DNA of 64,000 nucleotides from Podarcis vaucheri. Lineage: Eukaryota. The notes under the pieces are model-generated. The model ran no database searches. It worked only from the letters and a program-made list of their open reading frames with translations, and had not been told where the DNA came from. The translations under genes and the position numbers were made by a program. Shown here in pieces: positions 11,248-24,353 of this stretch (position 1 is the stretch's first letter; each line of letters opens with the position of its first letter). The stretch lies in assembly GCA_965113315.1 (NCBI GenBank), contig OZ220368.1. One strand, written 5' to 3'.

Positions 11248-14200
11248 CCGTCAATGACCTCACATCAGAGTTTAGCCCTCACGCTGCTTCTGAAAGCTGG
11301 CTAAGTGAGGTGCTGGGCTTTGGGAAGGAGGAGTGAGGGCTCTAGGACCCTGCCAGAACCTCACGCCTCCTTCCCAAAGCCTGGTGACCTGCTTAGCTGG
11401 TTTTGGGAAGGCAGCACAAAGGCTGGGCCATGTGTCCAATTTGGCCTTGCTCCCCTCTCCCCGTGCGACAAAGCATTTGCACCAGTGCTCTTGCTAGAAG
11501 AGAAAATGAGGTGCCCTGCTACTGTATCCCTGTTAGTTTCAATTCATTCTTCCTTTGCTGAACCAGAGACATACCTAGACTCCCTTACACCCTTGGTAAG
11601 GCGCTCTATGGGCACTCCCCATCCCTTGCATCCTTGGCAAGGAGTTGTATTGGCACCTCTAAAGCCGGGAGAGACCATGGACCAGGAACTCAAAAAGTTT
11701 GCTTTTTGTCACCTTTTGTGCTCTGCCAGTGACTTCCTCCACAGCCATCAGAGTCGGGTCTGCTCTGTTCCACCTCCCCTGTCCCTTCCTCCTCCTCCTC
11801 CTCCTAGTGCTGCCAGCCAACTGGGGAGGGGACCCCACAGGGCCGCTGGGATGGCCCACACCAGCAGCCAGATTCCTCCACCGAGCCTTCCAGCTTGCAT
11901 GCATTTAATTTGTGCGAACACAGCTGGCCAAGTGCATAAGTGATCACACAAGCTTAATGCACACAGCAGTGTTTGAAATTCACCAAGCAGCAGGCACATT
12001 TTGCACTGAGCTATTGGTCACTTGCAACCAAGTGAAGATGTGTGGGTGCCAGGATGGAGGTTTATGCCTGCGGATCCTTGGATCTGGACTGTTTTCACAC
12101 ACTAGCAACCCATCCTGTAGAATTCTGTCTGTTATATTTTATCTGCACAATAAGAATGAATTTCAAGAACCAAAAATTCACATTGAAAAATTCGACTTTG
12201 GCCAAAAAAATTAGCAACTAGACATTCCATTTTGGTGACAGTAACCCTGGTTTAAGGAGCCATTTGGTGCCTAGCTTATATATCTGACTTTCTAACACTG
12301 TACACAAGTTGTGAGTCAACTGTACTGGAAGTTATAGTTGTGAAACAACTTAAAGATGTAATACAACCAGCCACGATGACAAGTTGCCTATACAAAGAAA
12401 CTCTACACAGGGAAAAGGAAATCCATGTGTATGATTTTCAGAAACAACCGAGTACTTTTTCCTCATACATAAAAATTATTATCCAAATAAGAACACATGA
12501 AACAACACTCAGTACTTAAATCTGGCTATTATTTTTTTAAAAAAGGGAGTTTGCATTTGTATATAATTAAAGTTTTTGCAAAACTGAAATGCCTCCTTTC
12601 AGGTGGAACAGCCAATTATTGATGGCTACTAGACGGTAAAATGGCAACAGCCGCAAACCCAGAATAATTACTGTGTTGATGTTAATGAAGAGAGACTTCC
12701 ACAGCTTAGTGAACAAACCTAGTGGAACTTTATATACCCTCCCAGGCCTCACTGAAGAGAACAGATTCTGCCTGCCTTTTATTACCTAGCAAACTTCATT
12801 TTGTTGACACACTGGCTAAAGATGAGATTGAACTTAAAAGTTGAGTGGCTAGGTAAGGAAAAGTGGTCATTTGAGGAAGGGCAGTTACAATCCAGAAGGT
12901 GTAAGTTTCAGGTGGAAAAGGCATACATTCCAACAGACACTAATGGGGGAAGCCCAAGTTCACATTCTCACTTAGGTACAAATTTCACTGGGTGATCTTG
13001 AGTTGCTCCTCCCTCCCAGCCTACCTTGCAGAGTGTTTGGGGGGTAAAATGGGAGGTCTTGTATGCCACCATGAACTCCTTTGAGGAATGATTGTTTGAA
13101 AATCTAGTAAAAGTAAAACAATTTGCCTCTTCTCAGTCATATTAGACCAACCCCTGTGTACAAAATAACTGAATAGTCAAAGGTGATGGTGGAAGAGTGG
13201 TGATGACAGAGAATGCCCCAGCCGTTAACATGTTGAATAGTTAACGGTCCAGAAATACATTGACCTATTGAGGAATGTAAAGGAAATGGTTATGCTATTG
13301 GCAGCATAGCCATTGCAGATCAAGATTACAAATCTTTTGTGCAGTCCACAAAAACTAATATATTGCTTTTTGCATAATTTTGTGTCTCATGTAGAAACAG
13401 AATGTCCTGCTCTTTAAGATAAATATGTAACTATTTAAAAAGCCTAGTTTTGTTTTAGTTGGAACCATACTTGAATGTTTGTGAACAGGTCCCCTTGCCT
13501 CAAACCACAGACAATAGCATATATATAGAGTCTTTCAGGGCTGCCACATTGGAATCTGGAATTCCTAAGACAGCTTCACACCTGGAGATAACTGAGTGAC
13601 TGGTATCCACAGTTCTGCAAAAGGGAGAGGACCTTTTGTCATAGTCTGCAGTTCCTTGTCCTGCATTCAGTATTCAATCAGCAGGGAGAAAAGGGTTGGG
13701 GGTGGGGAACCACCGCATGCTTAGCTTAGGCTAACATCATTTAAAGTTTCTTACCCAAACAGATACGTGTCTAAAGCTGCATTGGAAGATTTCTTTCCAG
13801 TCCAAGCAAGAACAAAAAACATCATTATTTTGGGGCATATTTGTTTTCCTGATAAAGCCAGCACATCATTATTGCGTTTGTGTCTGTCACATAGGATAGA
13901 TATAGAAGCCTTGCTCTGCTTTTCTCTTCGCTTTGGAATACCAGACATTGCTGGCAGCATTTTTACCTCTTGAAGTCTGATGTATAATAGAAAGTGTCTA
14001 AAAAGTCAGCCAGGCTATCAAAATGGTGCTTGGGTTGCTCATTAAAATGTGGTGGTTGGTAGATGCTTGGCAATGCTTGTGATCAGAGACTGGAGGATAG
14101 AAGCCCAAATAAAGATGTGTTCTTATTTAGGAACCGGGTGGGGAAGATGCTGGGCTTTAGCTGCCTATAAGCTCTGTTTATAAGCGGGACAAAAAGATTT

Positions 14201-14375
14201 TTTAATTTTAATTGTGTGTCTGAAAGATAGATATCTCTGGGACACAAATAGAACTTCTCTTGCATCTTTTGCTTCATGGAACAGGTTATGAGCATGTTGA
14301 ATAGCTAAAAAGGGATTTTACCAGCTTCTTTGCTCTCCTGATTTTTAAAATTTTCTTACTAGAGTTCATTGGAGA

Positions 14376-14984
14376 TGAAGCCCTTCTGGGAAATGATATA
14401 TAATGAACTTTAAAAAATGTTGAAATATACATTTGTAAAAAAACAAACCAGAAGCCTTCCTACTAGGAATCATAGGTAGAGAAATACACAGGCAGGATAA
14501 AACATTATTTTCATAAGCTACAACTGCAGAGAGAATATTATTAGCCCAACGATGGAAACAGGAAGAGATACCATCGAAAGAAGAGTGGCAGATGAAATTA
14601 ATGGACTATGCCAAATTGGCGAAATTGACTGGGAAAATTCGGAACCAGCAGGACCAGAATTTCTTGACAGACTGGAATAAATTTATGTTGTATTTGAAAG
14701 ACAACTGTAAACAACTGACCTTGCGAATAGGGTTACAAGAAGCTTTGTAGGTTTAAATTATCATTTATTGCTAAATGTAATTCACAAATTGTTTATTTAA
14801 GATTATGATCTAATGTTAATATAAATCAGAATAAAATGCATATTAGAGATTAATCTGGAAAACCATTAGTCGAGGAAGAGGGACGTTCTAGGCTTATATA
14901 GCCAAATGTTTCTTTGTTTTATTTATAAAATTGATGTTATGATGGAAAATATTTGGAAAAACCAATAATACCTATTATTAAAAA
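14376..14984 (+). mobile_element. 5'-truncated L1-clade LINE (ORF2 C-terminus + 3'UTR)
   Basis: Disrupted translation KPFWEMIYNEL..KPEAFLLGII..ILLAQRWKQEEIPSKEEWQMKLMDYAKLAKLT..DWNKFMLYLK; A-rich tail; perfect 15-bp TSD AGAGTTCATTGGAGA (14361-14375, 14985-14999). Confidence 0.85.
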
Positions 14985-15460
14985 AGAGTTCATTGGAGAC
15001 GCTGAATAAGGTTAGGACAATGAATGAGAGTCTTTATGTTCAGCAATATCATTAAATATAGGCCTGTGAAGACCGTGTCATTGCAGAATGCAAACACAGA
15101 AGAATGCATCCATATGCTTGAATTATTTCCCATGGTTTTGTTATGCATAGAAAAAAATTAGACTATCAGTGAGAAAGATAGGCACTGCTCCTTGATCATG
15201 CTAACTTTCTGTATGCAGGGAACTTTTGACATAAGGGGACATTCTATTATGTCATTCTTCATTTGCATTCTAAAGTGACACAATCCCAGGGCAGTTGTTC
15301 TGCTTAAAAATTGTAAGCACATTCAATCTAAGGTCCCAGAATAGCGTATAACAATTTAAAATACAGTTTTAAACAGATTTTTGAAACTTACAATTAAAAA
15401 AAGAGCTTGATGCAGGAATTTTACTTTACCAAATTTATATCCCATCTTTCCACTTCTAAT

Positions 15461-16352
15461 GTTGTTGTTTAGTTGTTTAGTCATGTCCGACTCTTTGTGA
15501 CCCCATGGACCAGAGCACACCAGGCATTCCTGTCTTCCACTGCCTCCCGCAGTTTGGTCAGACTCATGTTTGTAGCTTCGAGAACACTGTCCAACCATCT
15601 CGTCCTCTGTCGTCCCCTTCTTCTTGTGCCCTCAATCTTTCCCAACATCAGGGTCTTTTTCAGGGAGTCTTCTCTTCTCATGAGGTGGCCAAAGTATTGG
15701 AGCCTCAGCTTCACGATCTGTCCTTCCAGTGAGCACTCAGGGCTGATTTCCTTAAGAATGGATAGGTTTGATCTTCTTGCAGTCCATGGGACTCTCAAGA
15801 GTCTCCTCCAGCACCATAATTCAGAAGCATCAATTCTTCGGCAATCAGCCTTCTTTATGGTCCAGCTCTCACTTCCATACATCACTACTGGGAAAACCAT
15901 GGCTTTAACTACATGGACCTTTGTTGGTAAGGTGATGTCTCTGCTTTTTAAGATGCTGTCTAGGTTTGCCATTGCCTTTCTCCCAAGGAGCAGGCGTCTT
16001 CTAATTTCGTGACTGCTGTCACCATCTGCAGTGATCATGGAGCCCAAGAAAGTAAAATCTCTCACTGCCTCCATTTCTTCCCCTTCTGTTTGCCAGGAGG
16101 TGATGGGAGCAGTGGCCATGATCTTCGTTTTTTTGATGTTGCGCTTCAGACAATCTTTTGCGCTCTCCTCTTTCACCCTCATTAAAAGGTTATTTAATTC
16201 CTCCTCACTTTCTGCCATCAAGGTTGTGTCATCTGCATATCTGAGGTTGTTGATATTTCTTCCGGCGATCTTAATTCCAGCTTGGGATTCATCCAGCCCA
16301 GCCTTTCACATGATGAATTCTGCATATAAGTTAAATAAGCAGGGAGACAATA
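15461..16352 (-). mobile_element. 5'-truncated BovB (RTE-clade) LINE
   Basis: RT C-terminal peptide typical of BovB; (CAA)n-type tail; perfect 12-bp TSD TCCACTTCTAAT (15449-15460, 16353-16364). Confidence 0.95.
15481..16221 (-). CDS. BovB reverse transcriptase C-terminal fragment (not a standalone gene)
   Basis: 246-aa open frame with MAESEEEL..NIKKTKIMA..DFTFLGS..EIRRRLLLGRKAM..VVMYGSESWT..LQYFGHLMRR..GRQRTRWLD; NLRYADDTT lies immediately upstream in frame. Confidence 0.85.
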   Translation of the reverse strand: MMAESEEELNNLLMRVKEESAKDCLKRNIKKTKIMATAPITSWQTEGEEMEAVRDFTFLGSMITADGDSSHEIRRRLLLGRKAMANLDSILKSRDITLPTKVHVVKAMVFPVVMYGSESWTIKKADCRRIDASELWCWRRLLRVPWTARRSNLSILKEISPECSLEGQIVKLRLQYFGHLMRREDSLKKTLMLGKIEGTRRRGRQRTRWLDSVLEATNMSLTKLREAVEDRNAWCALVHGVTKSRT

Positions 16353-16589
16353 TCCACTTCTAATAGAGAGCTCAAAATGGCCTCCAACTAATAATAATTA
16401 ATAATAGGAAAATAAATTAAATTTATTAAGATTCATTAATAAAAATTAAACCACAGCAAAACAAAAATAATTTACTGGGAAACTAAAAGCCATCAGACAA
16501 AAGGCTAGCCAAATGCTTGTGTAATAAAGAAACTTGGTGGTGAAAAACAAAAACAATGGCAGAATGTTATTATGTGATGTCTTGGAGTA

Positions 16590-16729
16590 GGGTAACCATG
16601 GGAAAATTTTGGCGCTCTAGTCATTGTTAAACTACAGCTCCTATTAGCCCTAACAAGCATGGACAGTGGCCAAGGACGTTGGGAGTTGTAATTCAGCAAC
16701 ATCTGGTGAGTCCAAGGTTCCCACACCTG
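16590..16729. mobile_element. Degenerate short palindromic hAT-type MITE
   Basis: ACTACAGCTCCTATTAGCCCT...GGGAGTTGTAATTCAGCAACATCTGG...AGGTTCCCACACCTG. Confidence 0.55.
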
Positions 16730-16917
16730 TACAGGGAGTTCCACATATGACTCTTTCCTGATAGCCCTCTGTGTCAGATCTGGTAACTGATACTGCTAAC
16801 TCATGGAGCTTTAAAATTCCATCTCTTCCAATTTGTGGTGTATATATTGTCTTGTTCTATGTCATATAAAGTTCATATGACTGAAAGCTACATAGATTGT
16901 GGGAACTGTATAGATAG

Positions 16918-16918
<1 letters not shown>

Positions 16919-16950
<32 letters not shown>

Positions 16951-17004
16951 CATGTCTGTTACTTGGTGCTGAAACAGTTTTCTTCCGTGGGTTCTTCATA
17001 CATA

Positions 17005-17034
<30 letters not shown>
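16919..17034. repeat. Two (GT)n microsatellites (16919-16948, 17009-17034)
   Basis: Direct dinucleotide runs. Confidence 0.95.
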
Positions 17035-17035
<1 letters not shown>

Positions 17036-17328
17036 ATGCACTGTAAAAAAATTTCTCTGCTCCATTGCAGAAGAAAGTGTGTGTGTATGAGTAAAAGCAT
17101 TTTTTCCGAAGCAGGAAGCATACTTTTTATTTTAAGATAATACACACATGTTCCTAGTAGGCAACATCTTATGTGAGTGAACAGAGGGAAATGCCTCTCA
17201 AGATGGTGTTTGCCATCTGCTGTTTTTAGAAATACTTGTATTCAAAAAGAAAAATTACAGATAGAGCATAATAATAATAAACTGCTACCTAATTATTTGG
17301 GGACAACTTGGATGATATTCAACTAAGT

Positions 17329-17465
17329 CAGGCTTCCTCAACCTCGGCCCTCCAGATGTTTTTTGGCCTACAACTCCCATGATCCCTAGCTAGCAGGACC
17401 AGGTGTCAGGGATGATGGGAATTGCAGTCTCAAAACATCTGGAGGGCTGAGGCTGAGGAAGCCTG
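17329..17465. mobile_element. Short palindromic hAT MITE (~137 bp)
   Basis: TIRs CAGGCTTCCTCAACCTCGGCCCTCCAGATG / CATCTGGAGGGCTGAGGCTGAGGAAGCCTG; TSD AACTAAGT/CACTAAGT; nested in an older palindromic element (~17312-17570). Confidence 0.9.
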
Positions 17466-19357
17466 CACTAAGTGTTCCTAAGAGTAAAGCCACTGAGATT
17501 AATACAGATAAGTTAGGACTATTAATTTCACTGGGTCACCTTTGAGTAAAACTTAGTTGAATAATGCCCTGTCAGTTGTTGTTTTTAAATCAGTTAAACA
17601 CTGCGGTCTTGATATTTCCCACTTTTTTTCTTTAGCCAATGCTCAGTGAAAACTGATAAAGGGCAGCAGTTCAAAACACCTAAAAGCCTGGAGGACTAAG
17701 TGCAAGCTTCCAAATACTTGGAAAAGCCAAGGAATATCTTTTGGGACAATGTATTCTGGTGTTACTTTGGAAATAATATCATAAGCTTCCTGCTATTTGT
17801 GGAATGGCTCCTCTGTCCATGGGATGGCTTGTGATCCAGCAAAGAATCCTGTTGGTGAAAGGGGGAGCTGGGGGGGGGCATCATCCAGTGCCCCTCCCCC
17901 TACTCTTCTAGAGCCCCCCCCCAGCCCTCCGAAGCAGATTTTCATGGTGAGGAATCTGCAAAAGTCTCTTGATTTCCTTCTACTAGCGAAAGCAACCCAT
18001 GAGTTCTACTCAGGGGACTCTCCTGTCATCAGGCGGGAACTCTGTGTCCAAGGTTGAAGCAATTTTTTAAAGCAATGGAATCAACATTGCTCCGGAAATT
18101 CAGTAACTTTTTTTTTTATAAGGTAACATTTTTGTGTGTCATCCTCTCCATTTCAGAATGAAAAGAGGTGCAGTTGATTATTTATATGCAGTATATACAC
18201 ACGCTTCCAATAAATGTTAATCCCTGTAACTGCTTAATGTTGGTTAATCATCTATCTCTTTATCTCTTCCTCACTCACAACCCTGCTCTAAATCACAGTG
18301 GAAATACAAATGCTGTATTTCTTCATTCCGGGCTTGGGATCTGATCCTGCCCTCGTTGCAAGCTCATACAGTTAATTGCCATTGCTTATGTGTTCTAATC
18401 AGTACAAATAGCATGTATGTAATTAGAGTCGACTATTGTGCCAAAGTTTACTGCTTGGTTGATTTTTAAAATCAGTACTTTTATTTTAACGTTAGGAAAA
18501 ATGTGCATATCTCCCCTCCTTTCCAGGTTGCTGGGTTTGGTAACAAAAATGAGATTTAAACTGGGGGAAGGGAGAGAAAGGGGTTGAGGGAAAGCCAGTT
18601 TTCATGGAAATCAGCTGCCTCCTCCATTCTACAGATGGCAGCCTCTCCTTTGAATAGGCACTGGCATCGCCCAAAGTTGTGTTTCCTGTCTTTTCTTGGC
18701 TCCCTTGGCTCATTGCCTCGGAGGGATGAGGCTTTTTCTTTTCTTGTTTTGTACCACCACAAAAATCTACCAACTCCAAAATTTCAATCCAATTAACACA
18801 GCAGATTAGTGCTTGACTCCCCTTGTTAACTAGGGCACTTGTGAATTGAATGTTTTCAGAGGGGGGTGTTCACAAGTTTTATTGGTTGCTGCTAGATAAA
18901 AACAAAAGACCCCCTCCCTCTCCCCTCCTCCTGCTTATTCCCTTTGATAACACAGGCCTCAAATTAGAATGATAATGTTCCCTGTTTAGAGTAGCAGATA
19001 GGCACCTGCCAAAGGTGCCGGCTGGTCCAGTAGGGCTGCCTGGGCACAGCCCTCCCAAAGAAAATTTGAGTATTTTTAAACCACCAGTATCCCTCAGATA
19101 TCAAAGCCACAAACTCTTTCCTGCCCCATTTTATACTTTTATTAGGACTCGGAGCTCTACAAACACTTCTGCCATTCTCCTGTTCTCTGGCCAATCAGTT
19201 CTTTGCAGTGCTCAGCTAATCCTAATCCAAATTTATAGCTATGGCCAAATAAAAGTCTCCTCACATGTTTTTCTGGGAAGAAAAAGGATGTGACATGTGA
19301 GTATCAGCAGGACTGCCAGCTTTTCATCTCCATTTGTACAGGTTGCTCCTTGTGTTA

Positions 19358-19703
19358 AAGGTAAAGGTACCCCTGCCCGTATGGGCCAGTCTTGACAGAC
19401 TCTAGGGTTGTGCGCCCATCTCACTTAAGAGGCCGGGGGCCAGCGCTCTCCAGAGACACGTCCGGGTCACGTGGCCAGCGTGACATCTGGCGAGCCAGCG
19501 CAGCACACGGAAACGCCGTTTACCTTCCCGCCAGTAAGCAGTCCCTATTTATCTACTTGCACCCGGGGGTGCTTTCGAACTGCTAGGTTGGCAGGCGCTA
19601 GGACCAAGCAACGGGAGCGCACCCCGCTGCGGGGATTCGAACCGCCGACCTTTCGATCGGCAAGCCCTAGGCTCTGAGGCTTTTACCCACAGCGCCACCC
19701 CCC
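19358..19703 (-). mobile_element. Sauria (Squam1) SINE, subfamily A
   Basis: tRNA-like head with A/B boxes (GGTGGCGCTGTGG, GGTTCGAATCC); ACCTTT tail; 15-bp TSD TTGCTCCTTGTGTTA (19343-19357, 19704-19718). Confidence 0.93.
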
Positions 19704-20225
19704 TTGCTCCTTGTGTTACTACAAGGCAATTTCAGCCTCTTCATAGGAGCAGGTAGGGGCTGCTTTAAGAGCAGTCCTGAGCATGCCTAGAGTTGTTTCC
19801 TTTAAAGCCCCCTCCCCTCCAAAGAGCTCAAAGCATATTATTTGTGGCTACCCAGGAGAAGGGTGTGGAGTAATTAGGCTTGTGTTGCTTATTATTGATA
19901 TTTGCTCAGAGACAGCAATAGTGGACAGGGCGCATGAGATACAGTGCTTTTTTCAGGCAGTACTCAAGGGTACATAGTACTGGCACACCTCTTTTTATTG
20001 TTAAAAAGTGTGGAACTTGCTGTAACAGCTTCGTAGAAAAAAAGGACCGGTGACATCTATTTTTTTACTTATTCATTTTTATGTATGGAGGAGGAAGATC
20101 AGAATGCAAAATGGTGGATGGCTTCTGTAAGTGCTGCAACTTTCAACACTTGCATGTTATTGGAACTGTAGGGTTTGTGTATGTCTCTAGGTTTGAGAGA
20201 AGTGTGGAGATGGCACCTTTAACAC

Positions 20226-20361
20226 CAGGCATAGGCAAACTCCAGCCCTCCAGATGTTTGGGACTGGAATTCCCATCATCCCTAGCTAACAGGACCAGTG
20301 GTCAGGGATGATGGGAATTGCAGTCCCAAACATCTGGAGGGCCGGAGTTTGCCTATGCCTA
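20226..20361. mobile_element. Short palindromic hAT MITE
   Basis: CAGGCATAGGCAAACTCCAGCCCTCCAGATG / CATCTGGAGGGCCGGAGTTTGCCTATGCCT; closely similar to 55984-56119. Confidence 0.9.
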
Positions 20362-22683
20362 AGATTAACCAATTAATGCTGCAATCCTGTGCATACTTAC
20401 CAGGGAGTATTTCCTGTTGAATTCAGTAGGGCTTACTTCTGAGAAATGTATAGCTTCTTTGCCATGAACCAACACTAGAACTGTTGACAGCAAGAACCCC
20501 TTCTGAACCAAGGTAAGACACTTTTACCAACAGTTATCACCCAAGTAAATTTAAAATTGCAATGAAGTGTCCACAGCTTTGCAGGGGAGGAAGATGGGGG
20601 GTAAACCAGAACAACTTGGCCACCTTTCACCACTTTGTAAATGTGACTAGGAAGGGAATGACCCCGTCTTCAGCTTTAACAAGACTGTGCCCGTTTGCTA
20701 GTGTTAACAGTAGACAATACTGCAGCTTGTTCCTTCAACAAGATAAAAGTGAGCAATAACATTTGCAGTTTTCCCTGTGCCACCTGTCACAGTTTAAGAG
20801 AATAGCCCTGTGAGTATTTGGCAGTGAGGGTAACATCACATTTAAATGTCATCCCAGCTAATGGTTATGAACTCAGTTTGGTATGATAAAGGGGAAAGGG
20901 TGAGGTTGCTATCTGTGATCTCTTCATCTCCCTCCCTGATCCTAATGACAACCAGAATACCAATTGGGACCTGAGGTAATTTAGAGATGTTTAGGAACTT
21001 AAATTAAACACCGGCTGAGAACAGCTCTGCTAATTTGTTGGAACAACGCCCCATGACTGCCTTCAGCTAACCCCTAATATATTCTCCAGTGTTTGTATGG
21101 CTTTCTCTAGGCAGTTGTTCCCTTTCTTATTACATACTGGGCATTGGGAACTGATCTGCTGACCTACTTAATTGAGGATTGCACATTCTTTTCTGGAAAA
21201 TCAAATTGGCCCTTATAACTTTTGTAATCGCTCTGTAGTTAATAAATGTGTATAGCAGTTTAAAGGATTAATCTGTAATCCAATGTTAAAAATAGTTGGA
21301 TGCTTTAAAATAATTGCTACAAGTGTTTGCTAAATACTGTGATTCAAGTTAAGTGGCATTCAAAAGAGAAGTTGTATATTTATCAGCTTTTGGGGACCAG
21401 TTTTTATGGGAATATTGCTTTGGCACTCCAGCCACTTCCACAGATTGGGAAATAGTTTATGCTTTGTTCATCTTTTGTTCCCCACCCTCCTTGTGTGAGA
21501 AATAGTGTTCCACACTGGCCTCAACTATAACTATACGTAATTCACATAAACACATAAAAATTTGACATAGAAAATTACTAACGCTTTCCTTTGAAGGAAA
21601 AACCAGGGCCCTTTTTCTTTGTTAATGAGGGGAAATCTCTTGGGAACAGTTACAGCCCATGAAGTATAATAATACTTTGATAGAACTATCATTTCCCTAG
21701 TATTTTATACCAAAGAACATTTTTCCATGGGTCATCTCAAAGCACTTTGTTGAATTTAATTAAAGCATTATGACCTTGTGTGAGGCAACTTGAGAGTGCT
21801 CTTCTATCATTTTTTACCAAGAGGTGTCCCAAAAGCCAATTTGCCATACAGGGCATGGTCTCTGTGTGTGTCACTGTGGCGAGGCTATATGGCATTTAGT
21901 AACAGGAAGTCATCTTATTAGTATTTTGGTTTTGAATGTGGCCTTTTGGACAGATAGTCACAAAACATTTGAAAGGACAGCAGATGTTTTCTCTTTCTAA
22001 AGCTCTTTGAGGTTTGTTTCTTTAAGAAAAAAACAAATGGTGTATTAATTTTATGAATATATGGAGAGGGGTGTGTGTGGAATTGGGGGAGCATGGCCAA
22101 TTTGGTCACACTGAGCTCGGAGTCTCGGTAGCACCACCAAGGACCCAGAAACTACGAATTACAATGGAGCGTGAGAAGCGGAGGGGCAACACATTTTGGC
22201 ATAACACAAGGGGCCACTGAAATTTGAGACTCGGAGATACCCCCACCCACATACACACATTTACACACACACAGACACACACAAATAGTACTGCTCCCCT
22301 GAATTGAATTAGCAGACCAAACCCATAAGTCGTTGTCAACCAAGCTCTTGACAGCTTCCCTCGTCTAAACAAGTTTATTGAGTTCTGGGTTTAGGGTACT
22401 GTACTTTGCAGCTGGGCTCCCTTCAGTTTATTGCGTCACACATTTTGTAGGCCTGCACTAGGTTTATGTTGTGAGCTGATGAGCTTTGTGGATAAGCTCA
22501 AGGGAGGAATTATTAGTCACAAGACAACAAGGCCCTGTTTAAAAGTTGGTGCTGAAACCCCTCAGGTGAGCAGATTCATGAGAAGTGTTGACATTCTATT
22601 AATGTAGATTGCCTCTTAGTAGATATCTGCCCTCACTCCAGTGAGGGCTGTATCCCTAGTGTCTGCCATAAGATTGTTTTAGC

Positions 22684-22849
22684 CAGGCATCCCCAAGCTT
22701 CGGCCCTCCAGGTGTTTTGGACTACCATGATGTTTTTGGGTTCCCAGATGTTTTGGATTCCCATCATCCCTGACCACTGGTCCTGTTAGCTAGGGATCAT
22801 GGGAGTTGTAGGCCAAAACGTCTGGAGGGCCGTGGGTTGGGGATGCCTG
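22684..22849. mobile_element. Short palindromic hAT MITE
   Basis: TIRs CAGGCATCCCCAA / TTGGGGATGCCTG; perfect 8-bp TSD GTTTTAGC; small internal duplication. Confidence 0.9.
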
Positions 22850-23967
22850 GTTTTAGCCTTAATCTTGTGGTGTCTTGTGCTAATGTCAAGCAGTTAGGAG
22901 CTGATTTAAACATCTACCTCAAAGTGGAAGCCACAGAAAAGTGCTCCCATGTGGTGGGCACAGTAGTTTAAAATCTCCTTGCCTCCTGCATTGGCATAAG
23001 AACATGAGAAGAGCTCTCCTGGAACAGGCCAAAGGCCTATCTAACTCAGCATCTTATTCTCACAAGTGACCAACCAGATGCTTGCGGGAAACCAGCAAGC
23101 AGCACTTCATGGTGAAATATGAAAGGCGTTTAGCATATCTATGCCAGTGGTAATTGAAGAAAGAATTGGGTGTTATGTGTGCTCCCCGCTTCCCCTCCTT
23201 TTCTTGGGTGTGGGTGAGCTAAATTTAGCTATAGATGATCACATTTTAAATTCAGTTATTGTCTATTGTATTTTTGGGTGACTTTTATTTAAATGCAGAT
23301 AAACAAATTACTGCTAAATTTTTAATGCTTGATGAAAAACATTTACTAAAGTCAGCTGTTAATTTAAGGCTGAAAAATGTGTTTTGTCCAATATGAGGCA
23401 GCCCCAAACATAGGATTTTACACTGCTGTAGATATATTATGCATTCTTTTTGTTCCTACGTTCTCATGAATATGACATGGATTCATTCTGCTAGGAACTG
23501 GCATTCCCCATGGTTAGAACTGGGCTCATAGATCAAGAATTTGAACGAAGAAAAATGCAGAGAAGCCTTTGAATCAAATATATGTTCTAGGACCTATTTT
23601 GACAGTGGAGGAAAACCTTTGTTTTTGTCGCATGAGTTATCCAAAGAAAAATACACATTACAATTGTTAGTTTTCCTTGCTGCTAGAAGCTGTTCCCAAT
23701 TTATGCATAACCTCATTCAGTGCTTTTCATTGCAGAAACTTGCTATAATTAGCATGCAATCTCCTGCACATTCTAACTCAAAGAAAGTGATTCCTAGATT
23801 TTGAATGGTACATTGTCAAGATAAGATGGTAAAATCCCTGAATTGTATGATGTGTGTATATGTATTCTGCTTTGCTCACACAACTTCTAAATCTCAACTC
23901 TGATTGCCTGGTAGGCACATTGTTTGCTAAACCAAGTCAGTGTTGGTGAGATTCTACAGGACAACTA

Positions 23968-24285
23968 CCATATTTTTCCCTGTATAAGATGCCCCCAAGT
24001 ATAAGGCAACCCCTATTTTTTTAACCCAAAATTAAGAAATTACTTTATTTAGCTTTTGGAGAGGAGGTCACTTCCACCAATCGCTCACCTGCCTGCCTGC
24101 TACTGCCGATCGCTTGCCACAGCCACTGCCAATCGCACACCTTGCTCCAGCCGCCAATTGTCTGCCCGCTTGCCGCCACCAACAGCCCACCCGCCCACTT
24201 GCCACAGCCGCAAATCACCCACCTGCCCGCCTTGCCACAGCCCCCAATTGCCTGCCCAAGTGTGGCAGCCACAGCCAATCACCAG
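23968..24285 (+). mobile_element. Left end of Tc2-like DNA transposon with internal GC-rich minisatellite
   Basis: TA|CCATATTTTTCCCTGTATAAGATGC end resembles 4926 and 37065; ~27-30-bp degenerate units (CCAATCGCCCACCTGCCCGCTTGCCACAGCC) at 24075-24282; no right TIR seen. Confidence 0.6.
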
Positions 24286-24289
24286 CATT

Positions 24290-24353
24290 GAAGGGTTGGA
24301 CTAGATAACCCTCAGGGCCTCTTCCAACTCTGCAATTCTATGATTCTGTATGA
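24290..24353 (+). mobile_element. CR1 LINE 3' terminus
   Basis: GGGTTGGACTAGATAACC...TTCCAACTCTGCAATTCTATGATTCTG with the CR1 ATTCTATG tail. Confidence 0.8.

Noticed and set aside
11305-11943. 212-aa plus-strand ORF
   Set aside because: GTG start, low-complexity Pro-rich sequence in GC-rich repeat-like DNA, no recognisable domain or splice structure.
15473-16012. 179-aa plus-strand ORF
   Set aside because: Antisense shadow of the BovB RT frame.
24075-24282. Array of ~28-bp repeats, superficially CRISPR-like
   Set aside because: Degenerate head-to-tail units without unique spacers, in vertebrate DNA and inside a DNA transposon remnant.
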